A stretch of 64,000 nt of DNA, taken from contig JAVZNE010000006.1 in assembly GCA_038882975.1 (NCBI GenBank), forward strand, positions 1 through 64,000, read 5' to 3'. The notes under the pieces were generated by a model. It ran no database searches and was not told the origin of the DNA. It saw only the letters and a list, made by a program, of their open reading frames with translations. Position numbers and translations under genes: made by a program. Within the stretch, counting starts at the first letter, position 1. The number at the start of each line of letters is the position of its first letter. Source of the DNA: Candidatus Bathyarchaeia archaeon. Its GTDB lineage: Archaea > Thermoproteota > Bathyarchaeia > Bathyarchaeales > Bathycorpusculaceae. Positions 39,277 through 47,980 of the stretch are shown in pieces.

Positions 39277-39543
39277 ATGGAAGAAAGAAGAAGGTTCGGC
39301 GGAAGAAGAGAATTCGGAAGAGGACCAAGAAGGTTCCCGCCAAAACCAGTTGAAATAGGCAAAGAATACGAAGTAGACGTCACAGAAACAAGCAGAAGAG
39401 GCGAAGGAATAGCCCGCATCCAAGGACTAGTAACCTTCATACCAAACACAAAACCAGGCGACCACGTGAAAATAAAGATAACAAGGATCAGCCGAAGATT
39501 CGCCGAAGCCGAAGTTGTAGAAGCCGGAGCAACAGAAGAATAA
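39277..39543 (+). CDS. Single-TRAM domain RNA-binding protein
   Basis: PKPVEIGKEYEV...RRGEGIARIQGLVTFIPN; R/G-rich N-terminus; GAGGTG SD before ATG 39277. Confidence 0.9.
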   Translation: MEERRRFGGRREFGRGPRRFPPKPVEIGKEYEVDVTETSRRGEGIARIQGLVTFIPNTKPGDHVKIKITRISRRFAEAEVVEAGATEE

Positions 39544-39694
39544 GAAGATGCGTAGAAAATTTCAGATGATCTAATTGCATCGTGAGGTTGTAGTTTCAAA
39601 TTCGCTTTTTTCCATGAAGCACTATTTTCTAAAGTACCAATAATCCGCAAGGAGCACATTGTACATCGCTGAAAATTGTGCACACGATGTCTTT

Positions 39695-40480
39695 TTATAT
39701 GAGTGCCTTACCGCAATAAATACAGAATGAATATTCTAGGCTGATTTCCTTTTGGCAGTTAGGGCATTTAGCTTTGAGAGGTGCGCCACAAACCTCGCAG
39801 TATTTTGCAGTTATAGATGTGGTAATATTTTTGCAGCGAGGACAATGTTTAGTTATAGTTGCTTTTTCTTCTAGAATTTTTCTTGAAATAGGTGAAGATA
39901 AAACCGATAAGCCTTGCCCATTCAAAAAAGCTGATACCTTGTCATTAATTATTGGGTAGATGTCCTTTGCAATGCAATAACCAATGTATTCCTTATTCGT
40001 TCTCCAATCTTTTACTTTGGTTTCCTCTAAAATGTTTAGCCTCGTGAGTATTTTCAACAATTTTCCTATTCTATTATCGTAATAGCGGGTTTTCGTGAAC
40101 CATCCTTTTGGTAATTGAAAATGCTTTTCTAACATCGCCCCAAGTTGGGAGCCATACATTGGTTTATTTCGATTTTCAACTAACACAGCTAGAATAGATA
40201 AACTCGTGACAGGTCTATATCCTAAGACTATTAACTCAATAACGGATTTTACCGGTTCCTTAATTTTTCCATAATCGTCAATTAAATCCTTATTGAAAAA
40301 AGCTATGTCAATGTATTTCGGTGGTCCCTCTTCACAATATCTGGGCCAAATAAATGTCTTAAGAAGTTTCCAAGGATACTCAGACACAAAACTCCCTTCA
40401 TGGTTAGTTACAAAATCAAGTAATACCAGAATAATATTAATTTTTTCCAACGCAGATAACGTAATAACAAAATCACGCAA
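39695..40480 (-). CDS. Putative winged-helix regulator with C-terminal double zinc ribbon
   Basis: ILAVL...PMYGSQL (PadR-like) and CPRC..CEVC..CPNC..CIYC. Start uncertain. Confidence 0.6.
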   Translation of the reverse strand: MRDFVITLSALEKINIILVLLDFVTNHEGSFVSEYPWKLLKTFIWPRYCEEGPPKYIDIAFFNKDLIDDYGKIKEPVKSVIELIVLGYRPVTSLSILAVLVENRNKPMYGSQLGAMLEKHFQLPKGWFTKTRYYDNRIGKLLKILTRLNILEETKVKDWRTNKEYIGYCIAKDIYPIINDKVSAFLNGQGLSVLSSPISRKILEEKATITKHCPRCKNITTSITAKYCEVCGAPLKAKCPNCQKEISLEYSFCIYCGKALI

Positions 40481-40485
40481 GAAAA

Positions 40486-41412
40486 ATGTCTTATATCATT
40501 TCTAAGAAAACCGTTTCGAGAGGAGAGAACATGAGGAAAACACTCTTGAGAATTATAACTTTGGCTGTCCTCTTTCTAGCGCTTTCAAGAATGTTAGTCA
40601 CCATCAAACCTACATATGCAACTTCTGGTGTACTACAACCAGCTCCATTTCTAAATAACCCAGTTTTCACTAATGGTCTTAATGGTTGGTCACGAAATCT
40701 ATTGGAAAATCTAGGCACAAACATCATTACGTCAGATTCAACGTATGGAAGCTCTGCGAAACTTTATGTTTCTGGTGCTCCAGCAGCGGGAGATATTGAA
40801 CAGAGAATAACACAACCAATATTGAAAGGGACAAAAATTGTGATAAGGGTTTATCAAACAAATACGGCGAATTTTGGTGGTTGGGGCGCTTATCTCTATA
40901 ATGGAACGTTTGCTGGAATAGATCCAGATTCTAAGCACACATGCAATCAATATGCTGCTAATGTTGCTGGTGCAATATATACTCCTCTTGACGGTACATT
41001 GACCGCTATTGTTGAATACACAGCAAACCGGACAGAAGGTTACAAGACGGTTTACTGGACTGCTGACAGAGATTATCCTGCTGGAACGTGGTTTATTTTT
41101 GCTGGTAGTGTATGGCCAGGAACAGCTACCTATTGGTTTCTTGGAGTTTACATTAGTGAGGAGCCCGTTGGAGGGGAATCTTTTATTGCTCCATTTTGGT
41201 TGCAGTGGTGGTTCTGGACAATTATAGTAAGTATAGTGACAATTGCTATTGTTTGTTTTTGGCTTGTTCAAAGAAAAACTATGCAAAAACACGAAAAGGA
41301 AAACCACCAAATTGCGAAAACTGGCATAAACTACAAAACTTGTCCAAACTGTGGTGCTAAATTACCAGCTGATTCACAATTTTGTGGAAAATGTGGAACT
41401 CGTTTAGAATAA
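40486..41412 (+). CDS. Membrane-anchored protein: extracellular beta domain, TM, cytoplasmic zinc ribbon
   Basis: Signal peptide (likely start 40531), PVGG, TM helix, CPNCGA...FCGKCG. Confidence 0.7.
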   Translation: MSYIISKKTVSRGENMRKTLLRIITLAVLFLALSRMLVTIKPTYATSGVLQPAPFLNNPVFTNGLNGWSRNLLENLGTNIITSDSTYGSSAKLYVSGAPAAGDIEQRITQPILKGTKIVIRVYQTNTANFGGWGAYLYNGTFAGIDPDSKHTCNQYAANVAGAIYTPLDGTLTAIVEYTANRTEGYKTVYWTADRDYPAGTWFIFAGSVWPGTATYWFLGVYISEEPVGGESFIAPFWLQWWFWTIIVSIVTIAIVCFWLVQRKTMQKHEKENHQIAKTGINYKTCPNCGAKLPADSQFCGKCGTRLE

Positions 41413-41470
41413 TCCCCTCTTTTTTATTTTCAGTATTTTACATTCATAGCGAGCAGAAACTTTTCTGGTT

Positions 41471-41900
41471 TTAAAAAAGGGAAGTTATTGACTGTATCTT
41501 GCTTGCAGTCCGAGATTGTCGCCTAATCCAAAGTGTCTGCTTGTACGTTTCTCCATAGCTTGAATAGCCATACATCGTCAGCCAGTAATCCACATCGTCA
41601 TAAAGGTCGGCTAGGCCGCACCAGTGGCCAAACTCATGCGTCATAATGTTCTGCACATTCATTTCGTCCACTTCACCGCTTAAACTCCATTTGAAAAGAG
41701 TGTTCATCCGCGTGTCAGTTTCCATCATTTTGTCGCCTGAATACCATATGTATGTAACTGCAATAACGTTTGGATTCGAACACAATCCCCAAGCAACAAC
41801 GTTGTAGCCATCACGCATCCGGCGCTTCTATGGGTCGTACCTGATAAGCGAAAAGGATAAAACTTGTTTGCTCATTCCAACGTTTGCCGCAACCCAAAAT
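41471..41900 (-). pseudogene. Frameshifted matrixin/metzincin metalloprotease remnant
   Basis: HEFGHWCGLAD and LTMY Met-turn. Upstream WNEQTSF and downstream GLGDNLGLQARY lie in other frames. Confidence 0.7.
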
Positions 41901-42038
41901 TTTGAACTACCACTTCTTTCTCCTTTTCGCTTTCAAGTTCTGCGCATTTTCTCGTATCGCTTATACCATAACCTTTCATGGAGTTTTGTTGGTGGGGCCG
42001 GATAGACTAAAACTTTCGTTTAAATTTTACAAATCAAA

Positions 42039-42239
42039 TTATTTTTTGAGTGCTCTGGCTTTGAAGTTTGTTATGGTTATGCCTACTATTTCGTTGTCTG
42101 CTATGCGGTAGATTATTCCATCCTCAACTTCAACGCTATCTTGGGCTTGTCTGGGCTTTCCAAAGCTTATATATAGCACATCCGCTTCTTCGTCGTAGTC
42201 CAAATCAATTTTTTCTAGGCTTACCGCAACTTTTTCCAT
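42039..42239 (-). CDS. DUF2283 family protein (putative antitoxin partner)
   Basis: YDEEADVLYISF...GIIYR...IVGITI. Confidence 0.85.
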   Translation of the reverse strand: MEKVAVSLEKIDLDYDEEADVLYISFGKPRQAQDSVEVEDGIIYRIADNEIVGITITNFKARALKK

Positions 42240-42520
42240 ACTATTTCGCCTTTAACCCTAGCTACATTAGAAGTGAAGTAGGCGGTTATAATAACCTTTT
42301 CTTCGCCTTTTTCACGGTAAATAACAACGAGATACTTCGGTCCAATATGGAGGTTGGCGTAAAATTTTAAAGCTTTAAACTCGCCCCTCAACCCTTTAAT
42401 AATTAAATCAGGATCTTGAACCGCCATAACTATTTCATGCGTGTAACGTGCAACTTCCGGATGCCTACTAACAATATGATTAAGAACCTTTCTGGATATT
42501 TTTATGCTCATTGCTATCAT
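42221..42520 (-). CDS. Putative RelE/BECR-fold toxin (DUF4258-like)
   Basis: HIVSRHPEV...DPDLII...KYLVVIY...IITAY; overlaps the DUF2283 gene. Confidence 0.7.
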   Translation of the reverse strand: MIAMSIKISRKVLNHIVSRHPEVARYTHEIVMAVQDPDLIIKGLRGEFKALKFYANLHIGPKYLVVIYREKGEEKVIITAYFTSNVARVKGEIVWKKLR

Positions 42521-42745
42521 CTCATATGCTAGATTATTTAGGTTGCAATATTTCTAAGCTACAAGAGGTTATTTGGCTTACGTTATTTAAAAGGGAAATA
42601 CGAATTAGCATAACTTTTGTAAAATTTAAATGGTCAAACTAATCCCGTCGTCTCGTGTTAGACGACTGACTTGAAAAAGGCAAGTTTCTTACTTTGTTTT
42701 TGCGAAGCCGCTGCATAAACATTGCTTTGAAATTGCTTAAAAATG

Positions 42746-42916
42746 TGGGGCCGGCCGGATTTGAACCGACGACCTTTCCCCGAAACAGCGCTTGGCTGTT
42801 TCTACGGGTTTCTCTACTGCTGACCGCTCCAGAACCTCTTCATTCCGCTTTAGCGGTCCGCAAACCCGTTTTGTTGTTCTGGAGCCCGTCGTCATACCTG
42901 CCTAGACTACGGCCCC
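42746..42916 (-). tRNA. tRNA-Trp (CCA) with two introns (37/38: 42810-42878; 43/44: 42776-42803)
   Basis: GGGGCCG acceptor pairs with CGGCCCC-A. Removing 69 and 28 nt gives a 74-nt cloverleaf with ACGGG-CTCCAGA-CCCGT, variable loop AGGTC and T arm GTCGG-TTCAAAT-CCGGC. Confidence 0.9.
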
Positions 42917-43038
42917 CTTTTCGAGCGGTTTACGGCATTAGATTTTACTGGAAATTTTGGGATATATGCGTTATTCTGTTTTGTTTGGAATAATGCTTAT
43001 TTACCATTTTACAAAGGTTTATTATGGTTTGTTAGTGT

Positions 43039-44160
43039 TTGAATTGGAGTAAATGTGATGGAGATTTGACTGAAGAAGGTGTTGCTGGAGCTAAGGGCAG
43101 GTTCGTCTTGTATAGGGATTTAGATGGAACCACCTATGAGGTTGATTTGCCATTAACTTCTTATGTTGATGCTACGGCTTTAAGGCAAAGTTTAGGCTTG
43201 CCATCATACATTGATTTGAATTATTTCCCAATGAAGAGCGCCATGGTTGTGCTTTGGGCGGCTGTGAACGCGCCGAAACTTCATGAGCTTTATCCAAACG
43301 CCTTTGAAAAAGTTGTAAGCAAAAATCCCATTCCCGCCCTGTTGTTTGGCGGCGCAGCCGTAAAGATTCATTGTCCAAGCGCTAATGCTGGCGGCTCGCT
43401 GGAAAGGCCGATTAAGGACACGGATTTTATAGTTCCGAAAAAGCAGGGAATCGACTTCTACAAGCTTCTGTTAAGGATGGATAGGGCTTTTGGCACACAA
43501 TACAAGTCTTTTGCAACAGCAAATGACAGGCGGTTTAATGCTTGGAGGCATGGCGAGAGATACAGGCTAACAACAATTAATGACGTGACCCCTGAGGGGC
43601 TGCCAAAAATAACTGTTTTGGATTTGTTCTGCGACGTTATCGATTTGAGGCATAGGGTGGATGTTCGGGATGTCTTCCCAAACTATAAAGAAAACCTTTA
43701 CACTATTGGCTTAGAGAACCTCATAATTTCAAAAGCTCAGTTTATTCTCGATATGCCAAAAGAATGTGCAGACGAGCTGAAGAAATGTGAATGTGACTAT
43801 AGGATTCTCTCATATCCATATTATGCGGAGGACAAGATTATTGTTGGAATGGAGGAGAAAGACGTTAAGGATGTGTGCGCCATATTTTTAGACCATGAAA
43901 TTGGGGTTGGAACTGAAACCATAAATGCGCAGAAGATGAGGAGGATTCTAGACAAGGATAAGAAGCTTGCTTTAACCGTCACTTTGAACCTTAAAAACTT
44001 GGTGGAGAAAGCTGATGTTCTCCGGAAGTGGATGTCAAAGAGCGAAATTTCAACAGTGGCTTATCGTGTACAAGAGCTTCTTAAGGTGTTGCCTGTTGTG
44101 GATAAAAAGTGGGACAAGCCCTGGTGGAACACTGCTGTGGAAACTCCAATCATTGAGTAG
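43039..44160 (+). CDS. Uncharacterised nucleotidyltransferase-fold protein (paralog A)
   Basis: LLFGGAAV..H, R.IKDTDF (DxD), LDLF, LIISK, KDVKD. Confidence 0.7.
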   Translation: MNWSKCDGDLTEEGVAGAKGRFVLYRDLDGTTYEVDLPLTSYVDATALRQSLGLPSYIDLNYFPMKSAMVVLWAAVNAPKLHELYPNAFEKVVSKNPIPALLFGGAAVKIHCPSANAGGSLERPIKDTDFIVPKKQGIDFYKLLLRMDRAFGTQYKSFATANDRRFNAWRHGERYRLTTINDVTPEGLPKITVLDLFCDVIDLRHRVDVRDVFPNYKENLYTIGLENLIISKAQFILDMPKECADELKKCECDYRILSYPYYAEDKIIVGMEEKDVKDVCAIFLDHEIGVGTETINAQKMRRILDKDKKLALTVTLNLKNLVEKADVLRKWMSKSEISTVAYRVQELLKVLPVVDKKWDKPWWNTAVETPIIE

Positions 44161-45052
44161 CTTTGTTCCTTTTTATTAGCTGTTTAATCATTGTGTAGGT
44201 TTCTTTTCTGGACAGCCCGGTTCTTGAAAGCGGCAGGTCAAAGGTGCCATTTTTTGAGTAGAGTCTTAGACATGTTTCACGTTTAGGCGTCACGTAGATG
44301 GTTACATCTGAAAAGTCGGTCCATCTGCCTTCCTTCATGGTTTTGCCTTCCCAAAGCTGGAAGCCTTTGCTATTCATAGAAAGTGTTGTATGATAGCGAT
44401 TTTTGTAGAGGCGGTGGCCGACAAGAAGCGAAACTATAATTGCTATTAGCAATGATAAGGGGTTAACAATGTTTTGTATACCTGATACTGTTAGAAATAC
44501 GAGAAACAATACTATGAAGAAAAATGTTATTGTGAAGCTTTTCAAATAATTGGGTAGGTCAAAGGCTTCAAACTTAGCCTCTGTTAGTTTTAGTTGTTTT
44601 GCCAAGCCTTTTCCGAGAACATTTTCAGAAGTCACTCTCTCCTTTGATGCTAGACTATAGGCGACTATGCCGACATTTTTGTCAGCTGTGTTGGCAACAA
44701 CCTCTTTTATAGCTTTTTGGAAGGCTTCCCTTTGAACAAGTCCTAGAAAAATCCAGTCTTCAGAACCAAACTTGTTTTTGCAAGCCAAAACCAGTTTTCT
44801 AACGAGTTTTGGGTCAAAATTTTGACCTGTATAAATTAATAGGTGAATTTTGTATCTTGGTGTAACCAGCGCCGAAAAAATCCTTGAAAGGAAGAATCCC
44901 TTTTCTTGTAGACTTCCGGAGGCGTATAGTGGGAAGGTTACATCGTCAATTGTGTAGTCTTTATGGATTTCGCTGAAGTTGGCGAGCCACCTTAGGTTTC
45001 CCCTTACTAATTGCTCTTCTACCATGTCGATGGCAAAATTTAGCTCATACAC
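44150..45052 (-). CDS. Hypothetical two-TM protein with soluble N- and C-terminal domains
   Basis: About 170-aa alpha/beta N-domain, two TM helices, PH-like beta-rich C-domain (fold guesses only). Confidence 0.6.
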   Translation of the reverse strand: MYELNFAIDMVEEQLVRGNLRWLANFSEIHKDYTIDDVTFPLYASGSLQEKGFFLSRIFSALVTPRYKIHLLIYTGQNFDPKLVRKLVLACKNKFGSEDWIFLGLVQREAFQKAIKEVVANTADKNVGIVAYSLASKERVTSENVLGKGLAKQLKLTEAKFEAFDLPNYLKSFTITFFFIVLFLVFLTVSGIQNIVNPLSLLIAIIVSLLVGHRLYKNRYHTTLSMNSKGFQLWEGKTMKEGRWTDFSDVTIYVTPKRETCLRLYSKNGTFDLPLSRTGLSRKETYTMIKQLIKRNKATQ

Positions 45053-45106
45053 GTTTAAAACACCATTTATTTACAGTTTAAAAATAAAAAGGGAGGGTAT
45101 TTAAGG

Positions 45107-46879
45107 CTATTCTGGTGGTATACTGAGGTAGAGCGTGCGCATGTCAACGCCTCTAGTGGTGTTCTTGTACATGTAATAGACATACAGCAGTATACCAATT
45201 ATTATGCAGCCAAAGAATCCACATGCGCTTACTATATCAGCGGTTTTAGCACCCGTTGTGAAGAGGGACCATATCCATGGCGACTCCTTTATGAAGATGT
45301 AGAAGCAGAAGGCACCTCCCAATGTTGCTATAAACCCTAGGGTTGTAACAGCGCCAATTGAGTGCTTAACGGCTGCGCGGTCGTAGATTTCCTTTCTTTC
45401 CAAGGGAAGTAGCATGCATGAAACGCAGAACAGGGTTAGGAAGAACGCGTCAAATATGTCTGTGCCAACAACTCCTGCAAATGCCAGGTAGTCTGCTGCT
45501 CCCTCTGGGAAGTTTGCCTCAGCCATGCACGCTGGGATGGCGAAAACCGCTGTTATTATTATTGACCAGACTGGTGCATGCCATCTTTCGCTGACATAGG
45601 CGAACTTTTCAGGCATCATTCTGTCGAAGGACATGGCAAAGAATGTCCTAGAAGCCACAAGCAAGAATGGCGGAATATCATTAGCAATCCAGAGAACACC
45701 GCCTAAAGCAATTAACCATGAAAGGATCCCTAGATTCATGCCTCTAGCAATTATTGAGGCTATACCTGTGCTCCACGCCTTTTGGAAGTTGATTCCGCGA
45801 AACTCAAGCTTCGGGCTTTGTGCTATATGTGTCCAGTTTCCTTCACCATACTTTGTAATGTTGGGGTCAACTCCTACATATTCGTATACTGCTGTCCAAT
45901 TGACATCGCCATAACTCAGAAATGAATATGCTTGATAGAAGCTCCACTGATCTCCTCCCACCGTTCTTTTTTCTACATTCATAGTGGCTGCGGCTGATAG
46001 CGATGAAGCCAATAAATAGATTACCATTATTACTAGTCCTGCAACTAGAAGCACTTGAGGAAGTTTTTTGTTTGCTTCTTTAACCTCGCCAGCCACGAAT
46101 GTTGTAGCATACCAGCCCATGTAAGCCCAGAACGCCCCACCCAGCGCAACCGAGAATGCGCTAAAGAAACCGGTTTTCGCCTCTAACATTCCACCTTTAA
46201 TAGCTAAATCAACAATACTTTTTGGTGTGACACCCATTACACTTTTAATTCCTTCCTCGACAAGACCTGGATTCATTACACCGGCAACCCACATTGCAAA
46301 GAATATTATCGTTATAACAGCTGGTATGTAGAATATCACCTCCATAAGTCGCCCATAAAGCTTAGTTCCCAACAATGCGATTATAGCGAAAATCCACACT
46401 ATTACAAGTCCGCCTATGAAAAGTTCAGCAGGCCCAAACGGGATGGTTGTAGGCGCCAAAGCTATGTTATAGAAGATTGATATTCCTTCGAACACAGCCA
46501 CACCAATTAATCCGTATGAGAACGCTTCTGCGAGGAACATCAGCCATCCTGCAATATACCCCACCGATGGGTGTATAATTCTAGAGATTGTTACGTAGCC
46601 GCCGCCTGAACGTGGCATGGCCGCCGCCACATATCCTGCGGCATAACCCGTGATCAGCACAATGATTCCGCATATTAGAAAAGCCCAGAACATTGCTGGC
46701 AGACCGAGTGGCATTTCATTTGTTGGCATAGGCACTGGTCCTGTGAATTGGAAGGCTCGTTTTTGCCAGCCTAAGCCTATGACGTGGCTTAGGATTATGA
46801 TGACGCCTAAGGTGAAGCCTATCTCCCTCACGAGGCCAGTTGCTTCTCTAGCAAAAAGTCCAGGCTTGCTTGAAGCCAT
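45107..46879 (-). CDS. APC superfamily amino acid/polyamine permease
   Basis: LFAREATGLVREI, AMPRSGGGYV.ISR, AGEVK, SRTFFAMSFDR, IPPE C-terminus; about 12 TM. Confidence 0.92.
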   Translation of the reverse strand: MASSKPGLFAREATGLVREIGFTLGVIIILSHVIGLGWQKRAFQFTGPVPMPTNEMPLGLPAMFWAFLICGIIVLITGYAAGYVAAAMPRSGGGYVTISRIIHPSVGYIAGWLMFLAEAFSYGLIGVAVFEGISIFYNIALAPTTIPFGPAELFIGGLVIVWIFAIIALLGTKLYGRLMEVIFYIPAVITIIFFAMWVAGVMNPGLVEEGIKSVMGVTPKSIVDLAIKGGMLEAKTGFFSAFSVALGGAFWAYMGWYATTFVAGEVKEANKKLPQVLLVAGLVIMVIYLLASSLSAAATMNVEKRTVGGDQWSFYQAYSFLSYGDVNWTAVYEYVGVDPNITKYGEGNWTHIAQSPKLEFRGINFQKAWSTGIASIIARGMNLGILSWLIALGGVLWIANDIPPFLLVASRTFFAMSFDRMMPEKFAYVSERWHAPVWSIIITAVFAIPACMAEANFPEGAADYLAFAGVVGTDIFDAFFLTLFCVSCMLLPLERKEIYDRAAVKHSIGAVTTLGFIATLGGAFCFYIFIKESPWIWSLFTTGAKTADIVSACGFFGCIIIGILLYVYYMYKNTTRGVDMRTLYLSIPPE

Positions 46880-46991
46880 TTTTTATAACACCCAGATATC
46901 TAATTTCAGTTCAATCCGAATTTAAAACTTTCCATAAACTCTAAATTTAAATAGTGCGATTCATGATTCTAGTATGGAAAACGCGTAGGGA

Positions 46992-47972
46992 ATGGTTCAA
47001 GTGTCATTTCTATTTAAGAAGAAGGAAGTTGAGACAAGAATTCTTTTTGCCACGGACATGCATGGCTCTGAGGGTGTTTGGCGAAAGTTTCTGAACGCGT
47101 CTGCAATGCTTAAGGTTGACGTGGCTATTTGTGGCGGCGACTTAACAGGTAAAATGTTGGTGCCAGTTGTTAAGCATGAGGATGGCAAATACTCTTACTA
47201 TCATCTAAAAAGAACCCACATGGTAGATGAAAGCGAGATAGAGAAGGCCCTAAAGGAAATAAGGGGTATAGGCTATTACCCATACTTAACAGATGAAAGC
47301 GAATACGAGGAGATGATAGGGAACCCCAAGAAAGTTGATGAAGTTTTCCATAAGGTCATGGCTTCAACAATAAAGAGTTGGCTTGACCTTATCCCCCAGA
47401 AGGTTCCAAGCGAAACAAGGGTTGTTGTCTGCCCAGGAAACGATGATAGGCCAGTTGTTGACGAGATAGTGAACAGCCACAAGCACGTGATAAATGGGGA
47501 GGGAAAAGTCATAGAAATTGACGATTCGCATGAAATGGTGAGCTGCGGATGGGTTAATCCAAGCCCGTGGAAGACGTCCCGCGAGGAAGAGGAGGAAAAA
47601 CTTGAGGAACGCCTTGAAAAATACATCTCCCAAATCAAAAATGTTGAAAGCGCCATCTTCAACTTTCACGCTCCGCCGTACCAGTCAAAACTTGACGAAG
47701 CCCCGCTTCTAGATAAAAACTTGAATCCAGTTATCCAAAGCGGAAGTGTTGTCATGGTTCCAGTTGGCTCTAAAGCTGTTAGGAAGATGATTGAAAAATA
47801 CCAGCCCTTCCTTGGGCTTCACGGGCATATACATGAGGCTGCCGGCTCCATGAAAATTGGTAGAACCTACTGCGTAAACCCAGGAAGCGAATACGCGGAA
47901 GGAATTCTGAGGGCTTTCCTAATAGAGTTTAAAGGCAATAAAATTACAAGGCTCCAAAGGATAGAGGGTTAA
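46992..47972 (+). CDS. Calcineurin-like (Icc-related) metallophosphoesterase
   Basis: ATDMHGS, GGDLTGK, PGNDD, FHAPP, LHGHIHE, NPGSEY. Confidence 0.9.
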   Translation: MVQVSFLFKKKEVETRILFATDMHGSEGVWRKFLNASAMLKVDVAICGGDLTGKMLVPVVKHEDGKYSYYHLKRTHMVDESEIEKALKEIRGIGYYPYLTDESEYEEMIGNPKKVDEVFHKVMASTIKSWLDLIPQKVPSETRVVVCPGNDDRPVVDEIVNSHKHVINGEGKVIEIDDSHEMVSCGWVNPSPWKTSREEEEEKLEERLEKYISQIKNVESAIFNFHAPPYQSKLDEAPLLDKNLNPVIQSGSVVMVPVGSKAVRKMIEKYQPFLGLHGHIHEAAGSMKIGRTYCVNPGSEYAEGILRAFLIEFKGNKITRLQRIEG

Positions 47973-47980
47973 AGGTAAGC

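Noticed and set aside
38488-39683. Several overlapping ORFs (38543..39148, 39102..39683 and others)
   Set aside because: Antisense shadows of the TRAM-SSB-TRAM genes.
42638-42690. Minus-strand GAAAC-stem-GTC plus hairpin resembling a hammerhead ribozyme
   Set aside because: The required CTGANGA is GGGATTA and stem II cannot form; probably just two hairpins downstream of the tRNA.
42694-42993. 99-aa plus-strand ORF
   Set aside because: Antisense to the intron-containing tRNA-Trp.
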